DNA of 62,972 bases, the filler included, from Pelomyxa schiedti (lineage: Eukaryota > Protista > Evosea), in NCBI GenBank assembly GCA_020536535.1. It is 13 parts of 13 records of this genome, joined end to end, with 100 filler letters (N's around TTAATTAATTAA, not from the genome) between each part and the next. Parts side by side here need not be neighbours in the genome. Positions count along the whole stretch, not along the records: positions 1,441 to 15,728 come from JAHLWZ010000719.1; positions 15,829 to 16,836 come from JAHLWZ010003017.1; positions 16,937 to 18,737 come from JAHLWZ010002266.1; positions 18,838 to 26,004 come from JAHLWZ010001374.1; 9 more parts are not named here. One strand, 5' to 3'. The stretch's first letter is position 1. Each line of letters begins with the position of its first letter. The notes beneath the pieces were generated by a model. That model did no database searches and was not told the origin of the DNA. It saw only the letters and a program-made list of their open reading frames with translations. A program made the position numbers and the translations under genes. Below, in pieces: positions 12,272-22,900 of the stretch.

Positions 12272-15200
12272 TTATGGGGTGGTGACGGAACAGAGCTCGA
12301 CGTCTACGCCAAAGAGGAGTAGGTGCTCGATCCACGCTTCTTGTTTGTCAGAAAGTTTGTCTCCGGGACCTTTCACTTCCACCAGTTTGGCACGTTCTGT
12401 TTGGTAATTACTGATTGGTTTGGTTGAAAGGTGTTGCTCAAGGCTACATACTGGTCGTAGTATTGTACAGAAGGAGGTCCGGCATTCCAGAGCCCCAGTG
12501 AGACCAATCTTGCATCAGCAAACGGATTATCTTCGAAAGTGCTTGTCCACCTTGTGTATTTGGTGAATTACGAGTGTTGTTTTTACAGGAAGTACCAATA
12601 CATATGACAGCATCATTGATAACGGATTTCTGGTATCTCCCCCAATCAATCTTGCATCTGACACCATAATGCTGGTATGCTTCATCAACCAGATGGCAGC
12701 AACTCTCGGGAGTGGTAGAAGCCACACTTAAGTCCAGTGATGCAGGAGGAGCGCCATCAGGTACGGGTTGAACCTCGCTGGTAGCAGGAATCACTGGCTC
12801 CGCACTGGTAGACGTATGGGCTCTTTATACACGTTAATCGCATGGAGGTATTAAGCGAGTGGAAGGGAACATTTTCATGCAGTCAAGTTTACATCTCCCC
12901 TGCGGGGAATTCGCTATAACAGCGAGGCGGGACTCAATTGCGTCCTTTCGAGTTTCATAAAATGTTTGAGAACCAAAATCGAGAGGAGCCTCTGTTTGTG
13001 TGAATACTCTTCTCTGGTGAGGTGGTTGTCTCTTTTTACCTTGGTAAGGAGTCTGGAACACGTGAGGAACATCCATAAAGATGACATCAAAGAGAAGTAA
13101 AAAAGCAAGCATGTGAAATATTGATGATTCTGTGTGCATGCCTTCCCAGTCATGCTCTTTATAATGCACCAATGCCAACTCCTTTTGTTATCTTAGTGTG
13201 ACTTTTTTTCATGTTTTGAATGATTGTTACTTCAACAGTGACGATTGAGTCTACTTTGGGATGCATGAAATGACTCTTCCTCCCGGTTGCAGCTGTACTG
13301 TCACGCATTCCTAAGAAAGTTGCCATAATCAGACCATATATTTTGCAAAGTTATCAACCAGAAATCGTGATATGCGTCGGTTCTCGTAGAGTAAGGGAAG
13401 TAAATATTGGCGTTTTCCAACGTCTGGGTGGTTTGGCAAGCTTGAGGCGAAGTTACTGCAGGGCTACTTGAAGACGAAAAAGTCACCTTAAGAACTCTTT
13501 TTTGGAGAGTAAGTCTATCACTGCCCTTCACAAGGGGGTCTTGAAGACTGGATTCCGCAAGAGACAAAGATTTATCCTGAAACATAATAAATGGCGAATT
13601 TGGTTTTCTTTCTTAATGGGTTTTTTTGTTTACTTACAGGTTGCTTTAAGTGCTCTATATCCAAGGAAAGCCTTGCCCACATTGAACCCCGGTGATGCTG
13701 ATAGTAAGGAGTGAGCAATAAAACTCTCAACGTAAGGGTGGCTTGTTTAAAGAGATGATTCTTCTCTGTGTGAAGGCACATTAATAAAAAAATTCGTTGT
13801 ACAGTATCTTTTTCTACCTAGAAAACCTACTGCGTGCCAAAGTATTCTGGCCAGAACCCAGCATGGAGTGAAAACAACCATGAATGACGGAGTGGTGGAA
13901 GAATGTGCACAGGTTGAAGGAAAACCTGCAGTGAGTTCCTTGTCAAGAGCGCTGAAAGTAATTTAGAAAAGGAGGACGATATGCTAAATGACTCGCCTGC
14001 TATTTACAACTGTACATTCGATGACTTCACGTTGAAAACTTTCCACGTCATCCCCCACCAATATTGGCCAGGCCGAATTTGATATGTGGAAATGCACACA
14101 TGGCATCAATGTGAAAGAGGTGACAGCTTGCGCCCACATTGAAAGTGCTTCACTGAACAATTGATCAGAGGGAGCCAGGTACTGGCACACTGACATACTC
14201 GCGTTTCTCCAGGTCAATCAGTGAGGCTATCATTGATTCCAGATTAAGTGCTTTTTCGTAGTTGTCAAGCTGTTCACGGGAGTGGAAAACCTCGTGCACT
14301 TTGACAATGTTGTTTGTTTACAGGTGTTTTTATAAGTCTTAAGATAGCATTTCACTTGTGAAACTGGTAGACAGCGATTTACTTTGGAAGGGGTCACAGT
14401 GTAAGCTGGGAAAACAACGTGTTTCATGTCTACCAACGCCATTAGGGTGTGGTCATGGCTTTCATTCAAAAAGAATAGCCTTGTTGCTCTTTCAAAGACC
14501 TTTTGCAAATAAATTGTTACCTATCTCTCACAGGTAAAAACGGCGAAACCTCGACTTTAGAATCAAGCAATTTGGTACACCAGCTGTTTTTCACTTCCTT
14601 CCCGATCAAGGAAAAGAGCATGTTACCTCCAAACAAGGTGCGCTGCCCAGTACCCTTGGGTGAAATGTCAACCAAAGAACATGACGTAATCGAATTTACT
14701 TTGAAATTTCCAATCTGGGAGAGAAGAGAATCGCGGTTTTTGGCTGGAGACTTCACTCCAAGTGCAATTGTAACAGCCTACAAGGAATGTAGTTGGTAAA
14801 GGCACAAAAAATGCAGTTGGGAGCCTACATGCAGTTGCGCACAGGTCAGAAGGGACAAGAAGTGAGTAAGGTTTGAGGAGTCAATGCACTTGTGAAGTAA
14901 CACGAAATTTGTTTGTTGCAACTCCTGGACAGCTGCTTTCAAATCCGGTATCTTGTGAAATTTGCGTTATTAGAAGTTCCCTTCCCACCAGAATTTTCGG
15001 GAGCACACCTCTGGGTACTTCTCAACTAGTGCAGAGACACTGAACCAGTTCCTCTTCCTGCCGAATAAACGAGCAAACAGACTTTTTTTTTGTGGGTTTT
15101 TAGTGTCAGATACCACACATGTTAGTTGGATTGACGAAAACAAACACGAAAGCCAAAAGAGACAAAACAATGTGGTAACCTAAACCGTACCATTGTGCAC

Positions 15201-15513
15201 CAACAGGCAAAGTCAAGAAGGTTTTCAATGTGAGTACTTCATCGTCGCGATACAGGTCGGCGTGAGGACCCATAAGCGCGCACTCAATGACAGCCACAAA
15301 GTTGGCAAGGTAATACGGCATCTTTGAAGACCCCGAAGTCGTTGTTTGCGTAACAGCCGCAGACGTGGCAGCAACAACAACATTTCCCTCGGATCTTAGA
15401 TCTTCACACACCACTCTTGACTGTGAGACAGTTCCTTCATCCGCACGCCCCTCCACTCGTGCCCGTTTCGCCTCGTTCTCCCCGTTCATTAATTTTTGTT
15501 TCCGTTCTGACAT
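12272..15513 (-). CDS. FAN1: Fanconi-associated nuclease 1 (VRR-NUC domain), multi-exon
   Basis: Exons give PYYLANFVAVIE, RLFFL, WEGMHTESSIFHMLAFLLLFDVIF, FQTPYQ/EAPLDFG, SGMPDLLLYN and LVEVKGPGDKLSDKQEAWI, the FAN1 VRR-NUC PD-(D/E)xK signature. Confidence 0.93.
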
Positions 15514-16345
15514 TCGTTCCGCTAACCATCAGAGCTCATCAAAACGAATTTTTTTGTGTGAGTCCCAAACTTGGTTTTGTTCAATTTCTTCAAACTTTTT
15601 TCGACTTTTCTTTTAGGGATGGAGAGCCTGTGCTATGGTATGGACAGTTTGGTCAATTTCCTCGTCGGTGGTATGCTTGCTCAAAGAGAACCTGATTCCT
15701 TGAACAGCAAGTGATCCTGGTGCATAGANNNNNNNNNNNNNNNNNNNNNNNNNNNNNNNNNNNNNNNNNNNNTTAATTAATTAANNNNNNNNNNNNNNNN
15801 NNNNNNNNNNNNNNNNNNNNNNNNNNNNTTGGCTGGTGCCTGTTAGCTTGAACACACTCGTTCCCGTGAATGACCATAATTAGTTGGCCAACTTGGCGCC
15901 CAATCACCGCGGCGAGATTCCCTGAATCCATCGGCCATCACTCCTCACAGTGTTGATGGTTGTTGTGGGACTCCTGCAGTCACGGAGAAATAAGCCCTCA
16001 CACAACCACAATAGTGCATTGCAAATTACAGGATCGTAAGGTACAACAACATTCCCACCTCATAAACACACTAAAACGAATCCTGTATTGTGGGCTTCAC
16101 CACCTGTCACCAGGCCCGCATTATCGGTTTCCACCGCTGCTGCGCCCTCGGCTTAAGGCAGGACCCCCCTTCCCTGCTTTGAATCTGCCAAACGACTCAC
16201 ACTTCACCCTGCTGCCGGTGGACTGGCTCTGTGTTTGCCTTTGATCATTTTTACTTGATTTACATTCTATCCTCAGTTTAGAGGTACATGGTAGCCTCTT
16301 AGAGTTTTTTGCAAAAAGCGTTATCTCTATTTCTCAAATTTTGAA

Positions 16346-16433
16346 GCCAAATAAAGGCCAAGAGTCATTGAGACACTGAGCGAAAGCCAAAGATGTGGTC
16401 TTACATCATTTCAATGCAATGTACATTGCAACC
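16346..16433 (+). repeat. Dispersed ~88-bp conserved element, copy A
   Basis: Blocks GCCAAATA / AGAGTCATTGAG / GCCAAA / GGTCTTACATC / CAATGCAATGT / TTGCAACC are shared with 19672-19759, 29116-29182, 31812-31895(-) and 35565-35648(-). Confidence 0.9.
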
Positions 16434-17370
16434 TTTATTGGGGGAGTTCCCAAAAAAGAAGGGTTTTCTCTTAGTTCTCTTAAAAAACTCGGGTTTTTTT
16501 CGTGGGCCATACTTGTGGGAGCAGATATTCTTGTGGGAAAGTAATACAGTATTGGACTCTCTTAGATTGACGACAGCAGGGACCCTCAGCGGATTGGATA
16601 CCCTTGGCATATTGCCTTCGTACTGAGATTTTAAAGATGGTACCGGCAACAACAAATTCTCAGACAACTCAACAACAAGAATCAATACAAATCGATCAAG
16701 AAAGGGTTGTGGTAGTGCTTGAGGTTCCATCATGACCAGGTGGGTCCTGGGCTATTGGGCCCCTCCTTCTTCAGCAGACTCTCAATTATACGCAGTGTGT
16801 CCTGACATGTGGGTCTCTGCAAGGATTGAATTAGTGNNNNNNNNNNNNNNNNNNNNNNNNNNNNNNNNNNNNNNNNNNNNTTAATTAATTAANNNNNNNN
16901 NNNNNNNNNNNNNNNNNNNNNNNNNNNNNNNNNNNNCGGCCTCGTTCCTCTCCCTCGTTTGTGTCTATCCACCTCTGTGTTGCACGAACATCCTCACACA
17001 TCAGCTGAAACCCACCAGGAACACACCTAACATGATTGTGGCACAATCAACAACTGCGCCACATAATACAATACTCAATAGCTTTTTTGGCTTCCCTCTA
17101 CAAAAGGGGAGAAGAAAGGTGTTTTTTTCGCGGATGGGTTGTCATCAAAGCAACCTGGACGAACAAGTTAGTGATTGACGATCAAAAAGACATCCAGCAT
17201 CATGAACATTGTCAGGTGTGGTGATAATGCATTTCCACCATAGTGCCTCAGTATCATCAAGATATATATATATCAAGATCAACCTTCAAGTCCCGGCTGC
17301 ACAACCTATTTTTGAGGTTATTTGGAATCGGTGTTATTCTTTTACTGATTAGTGGGAACCGTGAAAGGTA

Positions 17371-17552
17371 TCAGCCACAAGCAGAAAGCTCACCACTCTT
17401 ATTGAGGTCATGCCAGCATATTTCTTGTGACATGATGGATCGGAAAAACAGTTTGCGTATCCTCGTGGCTTGGGAAAGAGCAGAGAGAGAGAGACCGTAA
17501 TGCATTCTACAAGTATTTGAATTTGTAATGTTTGATGGAATTCTAGTTGCAT
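17371..17552 (-). pseudogene. ABCB/MDR (P-glycoprotein-like) transporter transmembrane-domain remnant
   Basis: The minus strand reads ALSQATRIRKLFFRSIMSQEICWHDLNKSGELSA, matching the ABCB motif QxxRIRxxxFxxIxxQEIxWxD..GEL. It is frameshifted at a (TC)n run and followed by a stop. Confidence 0.65.
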
Positions 17553-18874
17553 GTCAGTGAACTAAAGGTACGTATGTTGCTTACGATTGGTGTGAACCCT
17601 CCAATCATATTTCCCATTAATACCTGGAGAGCAGTTAGGATACATTTAGAGGAAAAATTGCACACTGCAGTTCCGAAAATACTGGAGTAAAAGCACGTTG
17701 AGCCATGGATATAAAAATTGCCGGTGTCGTGGGGATTGTGGATGGCTCGTGTTGCGGCTGTGGTTTATGGGAGATGCGAGAGGAGAGAAGTCTGACTCTA
17801 TGTATTTCTACATTTGTAGGACACAGAGGCTATAATGATGTGCTGCCGCGCCGCATCGCAAGATATCACACACACCTGGAGCCCAAGGTCACACACTGGG
17901 GGAATCAAATACCAACCTACTATATTGTCAAACTTATGTTGTATAAACGCACACAATTGAAAAGTGCTCTCGCGTATGTATGCATTGCCAAAAATGAGTG
18001 CACAACAACAACCAACAAGTAAACGTCAATACAAAAAACACCGTGTAAGGCACAGACAACTTAGAGACCTCGGAACCATCGCGCGCCGCGGTTGCTGTGC
18101 CACCTAAGATCTCTCGCGCTGGCAGATCCCACTCCCCGCAGATCCCGTCACGACGGGCCTCCTCATGACACGCAACATTCTTATTGTTGTTAAAAAAAAT
18201 AAAAGCCCCGTTCAATCAATCACTTTTTCTTTTTAATTTAAAATGCTGCACCCTCCAGAGGAGTGGGCAACCTTTTTTCTCTGACCTTTTGTTTCCTTGT
18301 GGCACCAATTAGGTTGTCACAGGCCCACAATGAGTGTGACCAGGAAAAATGTGGAAAGATAAAAAAACAAAACGAAGCCACCACGCCAGTCACGCTAACC
18401 ATGCCAGCCGAAGCACGCGGGTAGCAACGGGTAACGCCGGGTAGCGTCTGGTTGCTTCGCACCCGCAAAAAAACAGGTGAGGGTTTATTTGTGCCATTCC
18501 CAGCGCTTTTTGTACCCTCCTCCCCGCTCGAACTTATGGGTTTTGTTTTTCCGGTTTGCTCGTGAAAAAATTTTGCTGTTTTTGGGTGAGCACTTCTGAA
18601 GGCCAATCACAACAAGGAGGAGCCAGTGTTGATCCACTCAATGTCACGAGAGGTCTCAATGGTGAGCACAATGACACCTGAGAGTGCCTCCATCATGGTA
18701 ACCTTGTTTCCACTCAACATAATCAGGAACCCACTGCNNNNNNNNNNNNNNNNNNNNNNNNNNNNNNNNNNNNNNNNNNNNTTAATTAATTAANNNNNNN
18801 NNNNNNNNNNNNNNNNNNNNNNNNNNNNNNNNNNNNNTATTATGAAATGCAATTTACAACTAACTCTTCAACAG

Positions 18875-19145
18875 GTTGACACAAACAAGTGTTGTGGATG
18901 CAGTGCCTGTGCTAACACTTGCCCATTCAATGCCATTGAAATGAAAGATAGAAGACCTGTCATTGACCAGAAACAGCATGCTTTGTTAAGCTGTAGTCTG
19001 TAGTACTAATTCATTGAATACTAGGTGCCTTGGTTGCACTGCATGTGATGGAACATGCCCCAAGAAAGCAATTAGTTTCCTGAGAGACTTCACCAAACCT
19101 GACCCTCTAGACATCAATGTTATTGTGAAAAGTTTAGCTTGGTGA
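18875..19145 (+). CDS. C-terminal 2x[4Fe-4S] ferredoxin-type domain (last two exons of a 5'-truncated gene)
   Basis: VDTNKCCGCSACANTCPFNAI...IDQKQ/CLGCTACDGTCPKKAI gives two CxxCxxCxxxCP motifs, joined across intron 18976-19024. Not shown in the ORF track. Confidence 0.88.
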
Positions 19146-19235
19146 ATGAAACGGTCTTGGGCCCTCCCAAAAGTCAGTTCTCATCATTTTGTTTTTGATT
19201 GCCACACAACATGGGTCAAGGGTTCAGATGTTCGT

Positions 19236-19514
19236 TGCACTAAGAACCAGAGCTTCCGAAACCGCCCGGGACCGGGCTGCAGGGCCAGGATTTGTGCAGC
19301 AGTGACGTCCTGGGACAGGGGCAGCGTCGCGCGCAGCTCCCGGCCCGTTTCAAGGACCAAATTTTTAGATGGAACCACTTTACCGTTTCAGAGGGCCGCT
19401 TTGATGCACTAAGAACCAGAGCTTCCGAAACCGCCCGGGACCGGGCTGCAGGGCCAGGATTTGTGCAGCAGTGACGTCCTGGGACAGGGGCAGCGTCGCG
19501 CGCAGCTCCCGGCC
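19236..19514 (+). repeat. Two identical 110-bp GC-rich direct repeats (19236-19345, 19405-19514)
   Basis: Direct sequence comparison; 59-bp spacer between copies. Confidence 0.95.
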
Positions 19515-19671
19515 ATGTGTGTTGTGTGTGATGCTACCAGGCAGACAGGTTTGTTTTCACTGTGGGGTTTCTGACTCCAAATTCCTTTTCCTTTCTTTGG
19601 TGCCCCAGCTTATGAAACTTATGTTGAGGAACTTTATGCAAAAATGGTGGTTTGGGATTTTGTTTTTTTTT

Positions 19672-19759
19672 GCCAAATATTGGTCCAGAGTCATTGAGAC
19701 ATTGATTGACTGCCAAAGAAGTGGTCTTACATCGCAACAATGCAATGTTCGTTGCAACC
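19672..19759 (+). repeat. Dispersed ~88-bp conserved element, copy B
   Basis: Aligns without gaps to 16346-16433. Confidence 0.9.
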
Positions 19760-19916
19760 ATATCTGGGCCCTGCGGACAGCAATTTCCTTAGTTTCAAAC
19801 TGCTCTCCTATTTTTTTTTACCGATGCCAGACTTATGGGTTAACGGTCTTCTTTCTGATCCACGCAGTGTTCAGAGAAAGTACGCCCAATCAGAAACCAA
19901 AAAGAACGATTGTTGA

Positions 19917-22804
19917 ATGACGGCTAGGACGTTCACTCACGCAACTCCACCGTAATTATTACAATCAAACGCGCTCACTGTTGTTGTCGCACGTTGTTTG
20001 TTTTCACGATGTTTGTTTCTTTCATATATCATCCTCACCTCCGTACCCACAATACGCTTTTTGGTGGCGGTCTCCCAGGTTGTGCGGATCCACCAGAGTA
20101 GCAACCGCAGCCGCGGCAGCAGCAGCAACGGCGGCGGCGGCGACGGCGACTTACGCGTCGGTCTACTGCACCTTCACCGCGCAGCAGGAGCAGCAGCTCG
20201 TCGCGGCGTGCGAGGCCCTGGGCGTCGAGGCTGCGCGGGCCGCGCTGGCCGCCGCGTCGCTGCCGCAGAACAACAACGCGTCGCCGGCGACGTGCGCGGC
20301 GATCCCCGCGTCGCTGCGGGACATACGCTACGCGTGCACCGCGGGGCGCAACTGCGTCTTCCACATCGCGGTCATCAAACGGAGCTTGGAGCTCCTCAAT
20401 GTGCTTTATGAGGGAGGTCCTGTGGTGAGTGAGCAAACAACAAACGAAAACAAAAACAAAAACAAAAACAACCAAATCATGATGAAACAAAACCAAAATA
20501 GAAATACTGAAAACATAGACGAAAAGAAACAACCCTAAAACGAAATAATCAAATGAAAACAAAACAAACAAACAAACAAGCACAGCTATTGTGTGATTTC
20601 ACCTTTTGTTTAACTCACCTGATCATCAGGATTTTGTTTTGTACAATTTGAGGAACGCTGATGGTAATACAGCATTGCATCTGGCTGTTATGGCTGGTTC
20701 CACTGCTGGGTTGCCTCTTGCAAAGCTGTTAATTGAGAAAGGGGCAGATGTTAACATGTTTGTCCTTCCCTCTTATTTATTTCTATTACTGTTACTTGCT
20801 CACCCTTCTATATTAATGGTTGGTACAGAAAGAACAACAATGGTGACACACCTCTTCATATTGCTGTTTCCTTTGGGAAAGGACACCATGACTTAGTTGT
20901 TTACCTACTGGAACGCGGCGCAAATGTGAAGGCACGTAACATTTCTGATAAAACAGCGCTACACATTGCCTCTAGTGCTGCCGTTCCGGCTGTGGAAACT
21001 GTAAACCTTTTGCTCAAGGTAATTTCGCAACAGACACCTTAGCTCCTGCTTAATGAACCTCTGCAGAAGGGTGCTCAAACTAATGCTAAAGACATTGATG
21101 GCAAACAGCCTCTGGAATATGCAATCCAAATCGGACATCAGGTTCACTTTATCATACCTTTTATCAATTTGTGATCAAATCAAGGGTGTGTGCCATGCTC
21201 TGAGGCTTACAGGGGCCGATGTTGGCCTTTTTTATCAAAAGAGAGATTCTGGACTCCCTTCCCCATCTCCAACCACAACTCCTTCAGCAGCCACGTCAAG
21301 TTCAGGCGCGTCCTCCGCTATCACGGTGGCTGCTCCAGCAGAAGCTGAGGCAAGTGAAGGTGCCGATAGCTTTGGGTTCCTGAAATCCCCAGATGAAACG
21401 TATTTGTTTGTTTTGCATGCTATCTGTTGACCTTGGTCATAGGCCTCAACAAAAGAGGAATACTGCTGCTCGTGATGCTTTACGACAAGTCAAGTGGTCT
21501 GTAATGGTTAAAGAATGGGAGAAGGTAACTCCATTTATAATATGTTTGAGGAAACTTAAAGCCACTAGACAATGAAAAAGCATCCTAACAAGGTTTTTTG
21601 TCTAGTATCGTTTCTGGTAGTTTACGCAAATAGATAAGAAGGCGAGTATACAAGGGAGTACCTGATTGTGTAAGGGGAGATGTATGGCAACGGCTCACTG
21701 GCAGCCTCGAGAAGAAAAAAGAGTTGTCTGACGTTCACTATCAAGTACATATTCCTTTAATTGCACATGAGCTCTCAAAATATTCTAGGACCTTCTATTG
21801 GAGTCCAACAAGTGTCTTGAGCAGATCGACCTGGATATAAATCGTGCATTCAGGAACCATATAATGTTCAAAGATAGATTTGGACAAGGGTAAAAAATTA
21901 TTTCCCTATTTACAAACTCTAATTTACCACAGCCAAATTGCATTGTTTAATGTTCTCAAGGCATACAGCAACTATGACAAAGAGACTGGCTATTGCCAAG
22001 GTATGTGGTGGTCCCTAATTGATTCCCTTCTCAGTTTTATTACAGGAATGTGTGAACTTGCTGGTTTCCTGCTTATTTATATGGGTGAAGAGGTTTGTTA
22101 AGGGTCTATATTCACCACTATCACTAACGCTATTGTAAGGAAGCATTTTGGGTTTTCCTGCAACTGCTAAATGACCCTCGTTACAATTTCCGAGGAATGT
22201 TCCTGCCAGGTACCAATATAACTCCATATCACCCTTTAAATAGCAAAAAGGGTTCCCGCTTCTTCATCAATGCTTCTATTGTCATGACCAGCTCCTGGCG
22301 GAGTGTGTTCCCAAGGTAGCTAAGAATTTCCAGGCACTGGAAATTAACACTTCATTCTATGCTACTAAATGGTACTGCGGTTTTTTTCCTTCATAGTTAT
22401 TTACACCACTTAGGTATATGACACTATTTTTGGATGTGATACCGGTGGATATTCTAATACGACTGTGGGATATTCTATTTTTGGAAGGTGTAACTTCCCT
22501 CTCTCTGTTTCCGTTCCTCACCCCCGTTTCCTGCAGACTCCCGAATACTCTTTACGTTTGGGATACAACTCATGCGGATACTAGAGCGTACCTCAACCCC
22601 CTTCTTCTTTCAAAAACTCAACGTTCCAAAGGTGATCTTGCAAACGGGACCTTTGAGAGAGCAATGGCCGCCTTCAAGCAGCTGGAAAACCTCCCCCTAG
22701 ACCCTGACAAGTTTGTGGCAGCCATTATGAAACACATTATACCCAGCACAAAGATAGACAAGCTCATTGCTCAATACCAAGCCACCAACCCCACATCCAA
22801 CTAA
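19917..22804 (+). CDS. Ankyrin-repeat + TBC (RabGAP) domain protein, multi-exon
   Basis: ANK motifs GNTALHLAV, GDTPLHIAV and KTALHIAS. TBC motifs KGVPDCVRGDVW, IDLDINRAF, LFNVLKAYS and GYCQGM. The start at 19917 is inferred from an in-frame GT-AG intron. Confidence 0.9.
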
Positions 22805-22900
22805 TGCTACTAGAATGAATGAATGCATCCACGCCATACATACTAGTCACTGTAAAATAGAATAGAGAGACGCAAAATCCACATGTAATGCAAATTCATC

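Noticed and set aside
15613-15640. hAT-like terminus TAGGGATG
   Set aside because: Eight-base match only; no second end or TSD visible.
19236-19514. CRISPR-like repeat-spacer
   Set aside because: Only two units, each 110 bp long; no cas genes; eukaryotic context.
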